A stretch of DNA of 64,000 nucleotides from an uncultured Actinomycetota bacterium (GTDB lineage Bacteria > Actinomycetota > Actinomycetes > JAHEKZ01): assembly GCA_963743915.1 (NCBI GenBank), contig CAVURN010000002.1, positions 480,001-544,000 of the forward strand, given 5' to 3'. Below the pieces are notes generated by a model, which saw only the letters and a program-made list of their open reading frames with translations, searched no databases and was not told the DNA's origin. The position numbers were made by a program, and so were the translations under genes. Positions within the stretch are counted from its first letter, which is position 1; the number at the start of each line of letters is the position of its first letter. Shown here piece by piece: positions 42,371 to 53,367 of the stretch.

Positions 42371-44091
42371 TCAGCTCTCCCTGGCCTCGGACGTCCCGGT
42401 GACCGCGACGGGCGGCGATGCGGCCCCGACCTCGGCGAAGGCGATCTCCGGGTGGTGCAGGTCGAACGCCGGGGACTCCGACCGGATCCGAGGAATCTGG
42501 TCGAAGTTGTGCCGCGGCGGTGGGCAGCTGGTCGCCCACTCCAGCGACCGTCCCCAGCCCCAGGGGTCGTCCTCGGTGACGACGGTCCCGCGCTTGTGCG
42601 TGCGCCACACGTTGTACAGGAACGTCACCGTCGACAGGCCGAGCAGGATCGAGCCGACCGTCGAGACCTGGTTCATGAAGATGTAGCCGTCCTCGGGCAC
42701 GTAGTCGCCGTACCGACGCGGCATGCCGGCCGCCCCGAGCCAGTGCTGGATGAGGAACGTGGTCTGGAACCCGATGAACAGCAGCCAGAAGTGGACCTGC
42801 CCGATGCGCTCGTCGAGCATCTTGCCGGTCCACTTCGGCCACCAGAAGTAGAAGCCGGCGAACATCAGGAACACCACGGTGCCGAACACGGTGTAGTGGA
42901 AGTGCGCCACCACGAAGTAGCTGTCGGACACGGCGAAGTCCAGAGGGGGCGACGCCAGGATGATGCCGGTCAGCCCACCGAAGAGGAAGGTGACCAGGAA
43001 GCCCAACGAGAAGGTCATGGGGGTCTCGAACGTGATCGAGCCGCCCCACATGGTGCCGATCCAGTTGAAGAACTTCACGCCGGTCGGGATGGCGATCAGC
43101 ATCGTCATGAACGCGAAGAACGGCAGCATCACCGCACCGGTGACGAACATGTGGTGCGCCCACACCGCGACCGAGAGCCCGGCGATGGCGATGGTCGCGA
43201 AGACCAGGCCCTTGTAGCCGAAGATCGGCTTGCGGCTGAACACCGGCAGGATCTCGGAGATGATGCCGAAGAACGGCAGCGCGAGGATGTAGACCTCGGG
43301 GTGTCCGAAGAACCAGAAGAGGTGCTGCCAGAGGATCGCTCCTCCGACCTCGGGCGCGAAGACCAGGCTGCCGAACTGGCGGTCGATCTCGAGCACCAGG
43401 AGTGCGGCGGCCAGGACCGGGAAGGCCATCAGGACCAGGATGCTGGTCAGCAGCACGTTCCAGCTGAAGATCGGCATCCGGAACATGGTCATGCCCGGGC
43501 GCCCGCATGGCCACGATCGTGGTGATGAAGTTGACCGAGCCGAGGATGGTGCCGACACCGGTCAGGGCGATGCCCATGATCCACAGGTCAGCGCCCGACC
43601 CCCGGTGAGTACACCGCGTCGGAGAGCGGTGCGTAGGCGGTCCAGCCGAAGGCCGCGGCCCCGCCGGGCGTGACCAGGCTGAGCAGGACGATGATGGCGC
43701 CCAACAGGTACAGCCAGTACGCCAGCATGTTCATGCGCGGGAACGCGACGTCCGGCGAGCCGATCTGCAGCGGCATGATCGCGTTCGCGAAGCCGGAGAA
43801 GAGCGGCGTGGCGAACAGGAACAGCATGATCGTGCCGTGCATCGTGAAGAGCTGGTTGTACTGCTCGAGGCTGACGAACTGCATGTTCGGCTCGGTCAGC
43901 TCGGCCCTGATCACCAGGGCCATGACCCCGCCGATCAGGAAGAACACGAACGACGTGATCAGGTACAGGTAGCCGATCACCTTGTGGTCGGTGCTGGTCA
44001 ACCAGCTGACGACCATCCGACCGCGGCTCATCGGCGGCGCCTGGGGCACCTGCGGGACGGTGTCGGTGACCGTTTCGTCGATCAGGGTCAC
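42371..44091 (-). CDS. ctaD: cytochrome c oxidase subunit I (frameshifts near 43500 and 43595)
   Basis: TDHKVIG, HGTIM, GHPEVY, WAHH, AHFHY. Confidence 0.95.
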
Positions 44092-44933
44092 GTCAGGTCT
44101 CCGATCCGCGTGTTGCCCTGGTTCTGGGCGTCGGTGTTGGGACGTTCGGTGTCGAGCTCACCGGTCTGCCCTGCGGCCCGGAGCTCCTCCATCTTGGCGT
44201 CGAACGTCTCCTGGTCGACCACCTCGACCCAGAAGAGCATCTGCGAGTGGTAGGTGCCGCACATCTCGGCGCACTTGCCGTGGAACCGACCCTCTTCGGT
44301 CGGGGTGACCTCGAAGCGGTTCGCACGTCCGGGGACGACGTCCATCTTCATCAGGAAGGACGGGATCCAGAAGGAGTGGATGACGTCGGGGGACGTCAGC
44401 ACGAACTGCACCTTCTGGTCCACCGGGAGGTACAGCGTGGGCAGGTCGCTCGGGGAGCCGGACTCGTAGACGCCCTCGTCGGTGTAGTTGAAAGCCCAGT
44501 TCCACTGGTAGCCGACGACGTTGATGGTCTGCGCCTGGTCGTTCTTCACCTCGGTGATGATCTCCGTGTCACGGATGGTGAAGACGGCGAACACCGCGAT
44601 GACGATCAGCGGCGTGACGGTGTACAGCACCTCGATGGGGACGTTGTACCGCGTCTGCTTGGGGATCTCGTCGTCGCGCCGGCGGCGGTAGAACCAGGCC
44701 GCACCGAGCATGAGCGCCCACGTGATGGCACCGATGATCCAGAGGGCGAGCCAGGTGCCCTGCCACAGGTGGAAGATGCGGTCGGCGTGGTCGGACGCCG
44801 GGTCAGGGATCGAGATCTGGTTGGGCATGTCTTCGACCGAGCAGCTGGTCAGCACCAGCGCGGACAGACCGGCCAGACCACTTGCGGCAACCCGACGGCG
44901 TCGACGGAGGTCGACAGTGCGAGCAGACGTCAC
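44088..44933 (-). CDS. ctaC: cytochrome c oxidase subunit II
   Basis: Lipobox LTSC; CuA motifs DVIHSF and [12 protein letters not shown]. Confidence 0.95.
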   Translation of the reverse strand: MTSARTVDLRRRRRVAASGLAGLSALVLTSCSVEDMPNQISIPDPASDHADRIFHLWQGTWLALWIIGAITWALMLGAAWFYRRRRDDEIPKQTRYNVPIEVLYTVTPLIVIAVFAVFTIRDTEIITEVKNDQAQTINVVGYQWNWAFNYTDEGVYESGSPSDLPTLYLPVDQKVQFVLTSPDVIHSFWIPSFLMKMDVVPGRANRFEVTPTEEGRFHGKCAEMCGTYHSQMLFWVEVVDQETFDAKMEELRAAGQTGELDTERPNTDAQNQGNTRIGDLT

Positions 44934-45101
44934 GGGCGGGCTTTCCCCTCGGGCAAGGCCCCGGCTGGCCGGGGCGGACGAAAGCGACGTTGGCGGCTAC
45001 ACGCTAGCGCAGGTCAGGGGCCTGTTGCAGGGTGGGGCGGACACCGGTGAGCCCGTGTCGGAACCGCGTCCAAGCGCCCTCCGGGACAGCGTCGGAGGTG
45101 A

Positions 45102-45833
45102 TCAGTCACGGTCCGGTAACGAGCCTTCGGCCGACCCCCTCCAGAGCCGCGGGAGCGGCTCGTCCAGGGCCCGTGCCAGCCGGCGCCGGTACTCGGCGCG
45201 CGGCACCGCGACGGCGCCCAGCGAGGCCAGGTGGCCCGTCACCCACTGCACGTCGAGCAGTCGCCCGACCTGGTCCTCGGAGAGCACCTCGACGAGGCGC
45301 ACCAGGGCCACCTTGGACGCGTCCGGCACGCGGTAGAACATCGACTCCCCGGCGAACAGCCCTCCGATGGCGACGCCGTACAGGCCGCCCACCAGATGGT
45401 CGTCCTGCCAGGTCTCGACGCTGTGCGCCCACCCCAGCTCGTGCAGGCGCAGGTAGGCGTCTCGGATCTCGTCGTTGATCCACTGCCCCTCCGGCCCGCG
45501 GTCGGCGCAGCCGTCGAGGACGGCCTCGAACTGCTGGTCGACCGTGGTGCGCAGGCGCCGGGTGGACCGGCGCAACGACCGGCTCACCACCAGCTGGTCG
45601 AGCGGCAGGACGCCGCGCTCGACCGGGGACCACCAGCCCAGCGCCTGGCGGCGGTCGCCCTGCTCGTCGTCGAAGGTGACGTGCATCGGGAAGAGCCCGG
45701 TGCGGTAGGCGGTGAGCAGGGTGCCCGGGGCGAGATCGGCACCGAGGCCGACGAGGTCCTCCCCCTCCAGCCCCGCCGGAAGCCGGTCGAGGTCGGGCAG
45801 CACCCAGGGGCTGGGCTCAGGCTCGACGGGCAC
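45102..45833 (-). CDS. aat: leucyl/phenylalanyl-tRNA--protein transferase
   Basis: AYRTGLFP, WWSP, AHSVETW, GGLYG, FAGESMF, SKVAL. Confidence 0.92.
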   Translation of the reverse strand: MPVEPEPSPWVLPDLDRLPAGLEGEDLVGLGADLAPGTLLTAYRTGLFPMHVTFDDEQGDRRQALGWWSPVERGVLPLDQLVVSRSLRRSTRRLRTTVDQQFEAVLDGCADRGPEGQWINDEIRDAYLRLHELGWAHSVETWQDDHLVGGLYGVAIGGLFAGESMFYRVPDASKVALVRLVEVLSEDQVGRLLDVQWVTGHLASLGAVAVPRAEYRRRLARALDEPLPRLWRGSAEGSLPDRD

Positions 45834-45845
45834 GGCTGCCGGACG

Positions 45846-46850
45846 TCAGAGCCGCAGCCAGTGGGCGTCAAGGTCGGCGGCGGCCCCCGCGCCGTACGCG
45901 TCGGCGAAGCGTGCAAGGAACCCGGCCCGGTCGAACCGGTACTCCTGGGTGCCCACGGTCTCGACCACGTAGGTGGCCAGCAGGCACCCCACCTGAGCCG
46001 AACGTTCCAGGTCGACTCCCCACCCGAGGCCGGCCAGGAACCCCGCACGGAAGGCGTCCCCCACCCCGGTGGGGTCGGCCACGCGCTCCTCGCGGGGAAC
46101 GGTGACGTCGATGGTGGGCTGCCCGACGCGTTCGACACGGGCGCCCTTCTTGCCGAGGGTCGTCACGCGCAGGCGGACGCGCCGGAGCGTCTCCTCCGAC
46201 GTCCAACCGGTGCGCTGCTCGATGAGAGCCGACTCGTACTCGTTGCTGAACAGGACGGTGGCCCCGTCGATGAGGGCGACCGCGTCGTCACCGGACAGGC
46301 TGCTCAGCTGTTGCGACGGGTCGGCCGCGAACGGCAGACCGCGATGACGGCACTCCTGGGTGTGGTTGAGCATCGCCGACGGGTCGTCGGCGCCGACGAT
46401 CACCAGCCCCACTCCACCCGCCCGTTCGAGGACGGGACCGAGCTCGATCTCGCGCGCCATCGACATCGCCCCCGGGTAGAACGAGGCGATCTGGTTCTGG
46501 TCCGCGTCGGTGGTGCAGACGAAACGGGCGGTGTGGTGCTCGTCGCTGACGTGCACACCGTCGGTGTCCACGCCGTGCCGTCCCAGCCATGACCGGTAGT
46601 CGTCGAAGTCGTCGCCGACCCCGGCCACCAGCAGGGGTTGCAGGCCCAACATGCCGAGACCGAAGGCGATGTTCGCCCCGACACCCCCGCGTCGCACCTC
46701 GAGGTGGTCGACCAGGAACGAGACGGACAGCGTGCTCAGCTTGTCGGGGATGAGGGCGTCGGAGAAGCGACCGGGAAAGGTCATGAGGTGGTCGGTGGCC
46801 ACCGAGCCGGTCACCGCGATCCGGCCCACCTCGAGTCCGTGGTCGGACAT
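45846..46850 (-). CDS. adoK: PfkB-family kinase, adenosine kinase-like
   Basis: GSVATD, RRGGVGANI, DPTGVGDAFRAG; synteny. Confidence 0.85.
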   Translation of the reverse strand: MSDHGLEVGRIAVTGSVATDHLMTFPGRFSDALIPDKLSTLSVSFLVDHLEVRRGGVGANIAFGLGMLGLQPLLVAGVGDDFDDYRSWLGRHGVDTDGVHVSDEHHTARFVCTTDADQNQIASFYPGAMSMAREIELGPVLERAGGVGLVIVGADDPSAMLNHTQECRHRGLPFAADPSQQLSSLSGDDAVALIDGATVLFSNEYESALIEQRTGWTSEETLRRVRLRVTTLGKKGARVERVGQPTIDVTVPREERVADPTGVGDAFRAGFLAGLGWGVDLERSAQVGCLLATYVVETVGTQEYRFDRAGFLARFADAYGAGAAADLDAHWLRL

Positions 46851-46885
46851 GCGTACCTGTTACGCGCTCAGCCGGTCCCGGCCCG

Positions 46886-47251
46886 TCAGCTGAAGGAGTC
46901 GCCGCAGGCGCAGGAGCCGGTGGCGTTCGGGTTGTCGATGGTGAAGCCCTGCTTCTCGATCGTGTCGACGAAGTCGATCGTGGCGCCGCCGAGGTAGGGG
47001 ACGCTCATGCGGTCGATGACGAGCGAGAAGCCGTCGTAGGCGTGGACGTCGTCGCCGTCCAGCGAGCGGTCGTCGAAGAAGAGCTGGTAGCGGAGCCCCG
47101 AGCAGCCACCGGGCTGCACCGCGATGCGCAGGGACAGGTCGGTGCGCCCCTCCTGCTCGAGCAGGGCCTTGACCTTGGAGGCGGCACCGTCGGTGAGGGT
47201 CACGCCGGTGACGGCCTCAGTGGCGGTGGTGGCGTCGTTCTGAACGGTCAT
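46886..47251 (-). CDS. erpA: HesB/IscA/ErpA Fe-S insertion protein
   Basis: GGCSG, NPNA, SCACGDSF. Confidence 0.9.
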   Translation of the reverse strand: MTVQNDATTATEAVTGVTLTDGAASKVKALLEQEGRTDLSLRIAVQPGGCSGLRYQLFFDDRSLDGDDVHAYDGFSLVIDRMSVPYLGGATIDFVDTIEKQGFTIDNPNATGSCACGDSFS

Positions 47252-47369
47252 GGCGGGCGGTCTCCTCGGTGGTCGAGCGCTCGGTCGGGCGGTCACTGGC
47301 GCAACGCGGTTCGGGCGTGGCGTCATTCCCATGGTGGCACACCGGAAGGTCAGCGGCCGACTCTGGCGC

Positions 47370-48392
47370 TCAGGCGGGCCGCCAGGCTCCGGCCACCGCG
47401 CGCGCCAGCGTCCGTAGGGAGTCGGCCGCCTGCTCAACGGCACGCTCGGGCCCGAACCGCTCGTCCAGGGCGTGGATCTCGTCGAGGCCCGCGGCCGCCG
47501 CCTCCCGCCGCCCCACCTGACAGCTGCCCACGAGGGCGACGCAGGGGCGTGCGGCCGCCTGAGCGGTGCGGGCGACCTCGGCCACCACCTTGCCGCGCAG
47601 CGACGAGAAGTCGAGGCGCCCCTCCCCAGTGATGACCAGGTCGGAGGCGTGCACGAGGGCCGGCAGACCCACCGCCTCCGCCACCAGCGCCGCCCCGCTC
47701 ACCCGTCGCCCCCCGATCCGCAGCAGCCCGTAGGCCAGCCCGCCGCCCGCGCCTGCGCCCGGGGTGGAGGGGTCGACGCTGCCGCTGCTCGCCCATGCCG
47801 TCAGTCGGCGCTCGAGCGCCTCCACCTCCGGGTCACTGGCCCCCTTCTGCGGAGCGAAGGACCGCGCCGCCCCCGCTGGACCGAGCAGCGGGGACTCCAC
47901 GTCGGTCGCCACCACCAGCTCGACCCCGGGTGGCCAGCGCCCCGCGAACGCCTCGGCCACCGGTCTGCCGCCGTCGGTGGACGCCGTACCACCGACACCG
48001 ACGACGATCCGGCTTGCTCCGGATGCCAGCGCGGCCTCCAGCAGCGGCACCACGCCTGCCGTCGACGCCGCGACCGGTCGCCGTGGGTGCGGGGCCAGGT
48101 GCAGCCCGCACGCCTGGGCGGCCTCGACGTAGGCGCAGCGGACGGTGTCCTCCACGACCAGCAACTGAGCCGACGCCGGCTCACCGTGCGGTCCGGTGAC
48201 CGGGACGACCTGCGGGGGTGTCCGCCTGACCGCGGCGAGCGCGGCCAGAAAGCCGGGACCGCCATCGGCCATAGGTGCGAGCACCACCTCATCGGACGCC
48301 GCCACGTCGTGCCATCCGGCCTGGACCGCCTCGGCCGCCTCGAGGGCGGTCAGGGTCCCTGCGAACTTGTCGGGGGCGACGACGACGCGCAT
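47370..48392 (-). CDS. glycerate kinase
   Basis: APDKFAGT, ADGG, GGTASTDGG, FAPQKGA, TGEG. Confidence 0.9.
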   Translation of the reverse strand: MRVVVAPDKFAGTLTALEAAEAVQAGWHDVAASDEVVLAPMADGGPGFLAALAAVRRTPPQVVPVTGPHGEPASAQLLVVEDTVRCAYVEAAQACGLHLAPHPRRPVAASTAGVVPLLEAALASGASRIVVGVGGTASTDGGRPVAEAFAGRWPPGVELVVATDVESPLLGPAGAARSFAPQKGASDPEVEALERRLTAWASSGSVDPSTPGAGAGGGLAYGLLRIGGRRVSGAALVAEAVGLPALVHASDLVITGEGRLDFSSLRGKVVAEVARTAQAAARPCVALVGSCQVGRREAAAAGLDEIHALDERFGPERAVEQAADSLRTLARAVAGAWRPA

Positions 48393-48396
48393 GGCG

Positions 48397-49960
48397 CTAC
48401 GCGTCGCCGAGCGTGTCCTCGGGATCACGGTGCACGATCCGCTTGGTGGTCAGCGTCGCATCGTCGGAGGTCAGGCACTTGCCGCTGTCGATGTCGTACT
48501 GCCAACCGTGCAGCTGGCAGGTGAGGACGTTGCCCTCGACCTCCCCGAACCGCGCGAGGTCGGCACCGAGGTGCGGGCAGTGCCGTTGCACGAGGTGGTC
48601 GCCGAACCGCCACATCTCGTGCGACTCGCGGTCGGTCTCGAGCCAGTCCTCGACATAGACCGCGTGGTCGGGCGAGAGCGACTTGAACCAGGTGTAGACC
48701 TGCTCGTTGTACGGGCCCTTGCGTCGAGCGCGGAACCGACAGGACAGGAAGAGCTCGTTCACCCAGTCCGCGAGCCGCCGCTCGACGCAGTGCCGCACCA
48801 GGCGGTCCTCGATGGTCAGGGTGTAGCGGCACTCCTGGCCGTCGAACGGCACCACCACCTGGTCGACGAAGTCGGCCACGATCTCCTCGTGCTCGGTGCG
48901 CAGCAGGATCCGGTCGCCGAGCCGCCCGCACAGCGTCGGCATCTGCTGCATCAGCGGCTCCCACCACTCCTTGATCTGCGGGAGAAGGGGGGTCGTCCGT
49001 CGTCGCCCAGCCCAGCTTTCGGGTCTCGCGGTCCGCCTTGGTCCGCGCCGCGTACGAGGTGAGGTACTCGCGCTTGTGGGTGAAGGGATGGAGCGTCTCC
49101 TCGTCGGAGGCAGCATGCGTCACGACCGGTGCGGCGGCCGCCCGGTCGAGCTCGACGGTGGTGCCGGTCGAGACGAAGAGCGCGTTGTCGACGCCCAACG
49201 ACGACAGGTAGTCGATGAAGGCACGCTGGTCGGGAAAGACGTTGCCCTTCTGCCCGAAGTCGTTGATCGCGAAGAGGTCGTCGTCGAGGAACGCGGGCGG
49301 GCCGGAGTTCGGCAGGATCCAACGAGCCCCGACCGCCTCGGCAAAGCGCCGCGCACGGTCCATGCCGTTGGTGCGCTTGCGCTCGCCGAGCCCCTCCTTC
49401 ACGTGCTCGGGCAGCTCGTAGACCATCGGGAACCAGATCGCCCCCGAGTACTGCAGCGAGTGCCCGTCGTAGCGACCGAACTGGACGATCGGCTCGAGGT
49501 CGGTCGGTCGGCAGTCGTTCTGGTTCAGGAAGGCCGCCGTCCCGTCGTCCACGGCAAGACAGGAGTCGCCGAGCGGGCCGTCGTTAGGTGCGGTCATCGC
49601 GACCACCATCAACGTCAGCCCGTCGTGCTCGAAGGGCTCGGCGTTGACGGTGCTGATGAACCGGTGGAAGCCCAGACCCTCGAGCGCGTCCCGAAGGTCA
49701 CTGACGCCATAGTCGGGCAGGAGCACGGTGGTGTCCTTGTCCATCCAGCGCGAAAGCCACTCGGGGTCGTAGTGGTCGAGGTGCAGGTGGGACACGTAGA
49801 GGTAGTCCGAGCGGCCCAGCTCCGCCATGTCGAGCCCGTCGTTGGCGGGGAACGGGTACCACGACGCGAAGTACGCCGGCGTGAACCACGGATCGCACAG
49901 GATCGAGCCGTGCGCGGTCTCGATGTGGAGGCCGGCGTGACCGATGGACGTGACGCGCAT
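48397..49960 (-). CDS. MBL-fold plus C-terminal Rieske protein (Rv3818-like); frameshift near 48990
   Basis: GHAG, DPW, SHLHLDH; CPH...CQLH. Confidence 0.85.
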
Positions 49961-50076
49961 GCGGTTCCTTCCCCGAGGCGAGCGGCCCTCCCAGCCTAGG
50001 GTCGGCGACCACGGGGCGGACCGGGCCGATGGTCCCCTGCGTGCGGGACCGACGCGTCCGCGTCTAGCCTGGGGGT

Positions 50077-50694
50077 GTGTTGTTCCGCCGCACCAACCCC
50101 CCGCTCGAGCAGGCACAGCCTGCCGACGAGTCGCCGACGCCCGGCGGCAAGGGTCGGCCGACGCCGAAGCGCAGCGAGTCCGAGGCCGCACGCCGGCAGA
50201 AGATGGCGCCGCCGAAGGACAAGCGGGAGGCCCGCACCCGGATGAAGGCGGAGCGCGCGAAGGAGCGTCAGCTGGTGACCGACGCGCTGAAGGCCGGTGA
50301 CGAGCGGCACTACCCGCTCCGCGACCAGGGCAAGGCTCGGCACATCGCCCGCAACTGGGTCGACGGACGGCGCAACATCGGCGAGTTCTTCTGGCCCATC
50401 GTGATCGCCGCGCTGGTGATGCTCTTCCTGCCGATCCCGACCCTCCAGCAGGGATCCACCGCGGTGCTGCTCGCGTTCTACATCCTGATCAGCGCTGACA
50501 CGGCGTGGTCGCTGCTCGGACTGCGCAGCGCACTGGCACGCGAGGTTCCCGAGAAGGAGCAGCGCCGCGGCGCGCTCCCCTACGCGTTCGGACGCTCGAT
50601 CCAGTCACGCAAGCGGCGCATGCCGCCGCCGAAGGTGGAGCGCGGCTGGACCCGCCGCTTCGCACGCGGCCAGGTGGACGCGGTCGTGAACTGA
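50077..50694 (+). CDS. DUF3043 membrane protein
   Basis: KGRPTPKRSE, RNWVD, RRMPPP; synteny with Rv2206. Confidence 0.85.
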   Translation: MLFRRTNPPLEQAQPADESPTPGGKGRPTPKRSESEAARRQKMAPPKDKREARTRMKAERAKERQLVTDALKAGDERHYPLRDQGKARHIARNWVDGRRNIGEFFWPIVIAALVMLFLPIPTLQQGSTAVLLAFYILISADTAWSLLGLRSALAREVPEKEQRRGALPYAFGRSIQSRKRRMPPPKVERGWTRRFARGQVDAVVN

Positions 50695-50704
50695 CCTCCG
50701 GGCG

Positions 50705-51715
50705 TCAGGGAGTGGCCGGGCCCTCCCCCGCACCGGACGCGGCGATCGCCGCCGCCACCGTCGCCAGGTCGTCCGCGTCGTAGACGAACGTCGCGGCGTC
50801 CAGCCAGCCGTCCACCTGCTCGGCGCTGCGCGCCCCCACGATCGCGCCGGTGACTCCGGGCCAGGCCAACGTCCAGGCCGCGGCTGCCGCGGGTCGGCTG
50901 ACCCCCTGCCGCTCAGCCACCTCGCCGATGGCGTCAGCCACCCGCAGGTTCGCCGCGAGATGCGTCGTGAAGTCGTCATCGCTCTTGCGCCAGTCGTCGT
51001 CCGGCAGGGACGCGACGCGCTCGGCAGAGAAGGCACCGGTCAACAGCCCCGCCTGCATCGGCGAGTAGACGATCACGCCGGTCTCGTGCTGCACGCACCA
51101 CGGCAACAGGTCGGCCCCCGCACGACGGTCGATCGCTGAGAACGGCGGTTGCAGGGTGTCGACGTGTCCCACAGACTCCGCCCTGTCCAGCTCGTCGGTG
51201 TCGAAGTTGGAGACCCCCACGGCCCGGTACAGGCCCTCCTGCTTCATGTCGAGGAGCGCCTGCCAGTACACCTCGACGTCGGTGTCGTCCTCTGCCGGCC
51301 AGTGCATCTGCATGAGGTCCACCGTGTCGGTCCCCACCCGTCGCAACGAGGCAAGCACCTGCTCGCGGAGCACCTTCGGGTCGCCGGTCGACAGGGGTTC
51401 CTCGGTGCGGACCTCCGGCTCGACCGGGCCGCACTTGGTGAACACGTAGGGGCGGTCGGCCTCGGAGAACACCGAAAGGGCTTCGCGCACGACCTCCTCG
51501 CTGTGTCCGTAGCCGTAGACCCAGGCGGTGTCGATCCAGTTGACGCCGCGCTCCACGGCGCGACGGATCGCCGCGATGGACGCGGCGTCGTCCTGCGGCC
51601 CCCAGCCGCCGGACCAGCCGGTACCACCCACCGCCCAGGCACCGAAACCGACGCGGGTGATGTTCATTCCGGTACGTCCGAAGGGCACCGTGGGCAAGGA
51701 GGTGTTCATGGCCAT
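50705..51715 (-). CDS. aldo/keto reductase
   Basis: GFGAW, IDTAWVYG, TK, HWP, GVSNF, YSPM. Confidence 0.92.
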   Translation of the reverse strand: MAMNTSLPTVPFGRTGMNITRVGFGAWAVGGTGWSGGWGPQDDAASIAAIRRAVERGVNWIDTAWVYGYGHSEEVVREALSVFSEADRPYVFTKCGPVEPEVRTEEPLSTGDPKVLREQVLASLRRVGTDTVDLMQMHWPAEDDTDVEVYWQALLDMKQEGLYRAVGVSNFDTDELDRAESVGHVDTLQPPFSAIDRRAGADLLPWCVQHETGVIVYSPMQAGLLTGAFSAERVASLPDDDWRKSDDDFTTHLAANLRVADAIGEVAERQGVSRPAAAAAWTLAWPGVTGAIVGARSAEQVDGWLDAATFVYDADDLATVAAAIAASGAGEGPATP

Positions 51716-51746
51716 AGGCGGATCCTGGCACGCCTACTGTGAGCGC

Positions 51747-52106
51747 GTGACTGCGGTGCTGCTCGCCCCCCGATTCATGCTCGAGCTTGCCTTGCTCACC
51801 GCGCTCGCCGTGGCCGGATGGCGCCTGCCGGACGCGAGGTGGGCCCAGGTCGCCCTCGCAGTGGCGCTTCCTGTCGCTGCCGCCGTCCTGTGGGGACTCG
51901 TCGTGTCGCCCAAGGCTCGGGCCGGCGCACCGCTGACCGTGCGGCTGGCCGTCGAGATCGCCCTGTTCGCCACTGCGTCCGCTCTGCTCTGGGCGACGGG
52001 TTCGGAGGCCGCAGCCATCACGTTGGCCGTGGCGGAGACCGTCGTGCTCGGCGCGCTCCTCGTCACGGGCAACCCGCCGGGGCCACCATCCGCCGGTGCC
52101 GACTGA
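51747..52106 (+). CDS. YrdB/DUF2568-like membrane protein
   Basis: RFMLEL...LWGLVVSPKA. Confidence 0.7.
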   Translation: MTAVLLAPRFMLELALLTALAVAGWRLPDARWAQVALAVALPVAAAVLWGLVVSPKARAGAPLTVRLAVEIALFATASALLWATGSEAAAITLAVAETVVLGALLVTGNPPGPPSAGAD

Positions 52107-52888
52107 TGGCGCCGGCCGAGGAGCCCCCTGCCGTTCCCGCGGACATCGTCGCCCTCACCGCCGGATCCGAGCTCGAGCTCGTCTGGCACAACGATCTCGG
52201 CGGCCTCACCTACCGCTTCCACTCGGACGCCGGTGAGCGGTACGTCAAGTGGGTGCACGCCGGCTCAGGTATCCCGACAGCGGAGGAGGCCGCCCGACTG
52301 CGCTGGGCGGCACCCTTTGCCACGGTGCCGCCCGTCGTCGACGTCGGGTCGTCGCCGGAGGGCAGCTGGCTGGTGACCGAGGCCCTCACCGGTCGCAGCG
52401 CGGTCGACGATCGATGGATGGCCGACCCGCGGACTGCCGTCGTCGCCATCGGCGAGGGGCTCGCCGCCCTCCACGAGCAGCTGCCGTACGACTGGTGTCC
52501 CTTCGACTGGACGACGGCCGGACGCCTCGAGCGGCACCTGGCCGTGGCGGGTCCGTTCGACCGCACCCACTGGAACGAGGAGCACCTGCCACTGACGGAC
52601 GCCGAGGTCGTCGCGCGGCTGAAGGATGCGCCCGACCCGGACCCGGTGGTCTGCCACGGCGACCCGTGCGCGCCGAACACGCTCATCGGCGACGACGGTC
52701 GGTGGTCCGGCCATGTCGACTTCGACGAGCTGGGGCGCGGTGACCGCTGGGCCGACCTCGCCGTCGCCGCGTGGAGCACGGAGTGGAACTACGGTCCGGG
52801 GTGGGACGACCTGCTCATCCGCGCCTACGGCGTCCAGCCGGACCCCGAGCTCGCGGCCTACTACCGCTTGCTGTGGGATCTCGGCTGA
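52106..52888 (+). CDS. APH(3')-family phosphotransferase
   Basis: NDLGG, EAARLRW, CPF, HGDPCAPN, VDF, DRWADLA, YYRLL. Confidence 0.88.
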   Translation: MAPAEEPPAVPADIVALTAGSELELVWHNDLGGLTYRFHSDAGERYVKWVHAGSGIPTAEEAARLRWAAPFATVPPVVDVGSSPEGSWLVTEALTGRSAVDDRWMADPRTAVVAIGEGLAALHEQLPYDWCPFDWTTAGRLERHLAVAGPFDRTHWNEEHLPLTDAEVVARLKDAPDPDPVVCHGDPCAPNTLIGDDGRWSGHVDFDELGRGDRWADLAVAAWSTEWNYGPGWDDLLIRAYGVQPDPELAAYYRLLWDLG

Positions 52889-52910
52889 GCACCGAGTCCG
52901 GCGCGGTCCG

Positions 52911-53234
52911 TCAGGATCCCGGTGGCCGGTACGCCACGGTCTTGCCCATCGCTGCGTCGATCTCGCTGGGATCGACGAGCACCACCGTCTCGTAGCTGCT
53001 GATGGCTGCTGACGAACCGACCGTCGCAGCGATGGCCATCGCCGTCGCCTGGTCGGGGACCTCGGCGATGACATACACGTCGTCCGCGCCGAACGCGAAG
53101 TAGAACGACTCGAGCGAACCGCCGAGACCTGCCAGGAGCTTTTCGATGGCCGCCACGCGACTCGTGCCGCCTTCGGTCATGACGCCCTTGATGCCCTCAG
53201 CGCTGTACGAGACCTTCAACAGGTACTTGGCCAT
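52911..53234 (-). CDS. GYD domain protein
   Basis: YSAEG, GGSLESFYFAFGADD, YRPPG. Confidence 0.82.
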   Translation of the reverse strand: MAKYLLKVSYSAEGIKGVMTEGGTSRVAAIEKLLAGLGGSLESFYFAFGADDVYVIAEVPDQATAMAIAATVGSSAAISSYETVVLVDPSEIDAAMGKTVAYRPPGS

Positions 53235-53367
53235 GGTTGGCCTCCTCGTGCTGGAAAGCCTCATCAAAGGGCTGGGCCACCACGCGGGTCAAGGGCTCGC
53301 GGCCGTGACGGATTCCGTCCAGGGAGCCCTGCCTTAGGTGCGTCATACCGCGAGTTAGGGTCGAGCC

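Noticed and set aside
52106-52888. Acquired aminoglycoside resistance cassette
   Set aside because: Host-like GC, no mobile element; resembles the widespread actinobacterial APH-like family, and activity cannot be inferred
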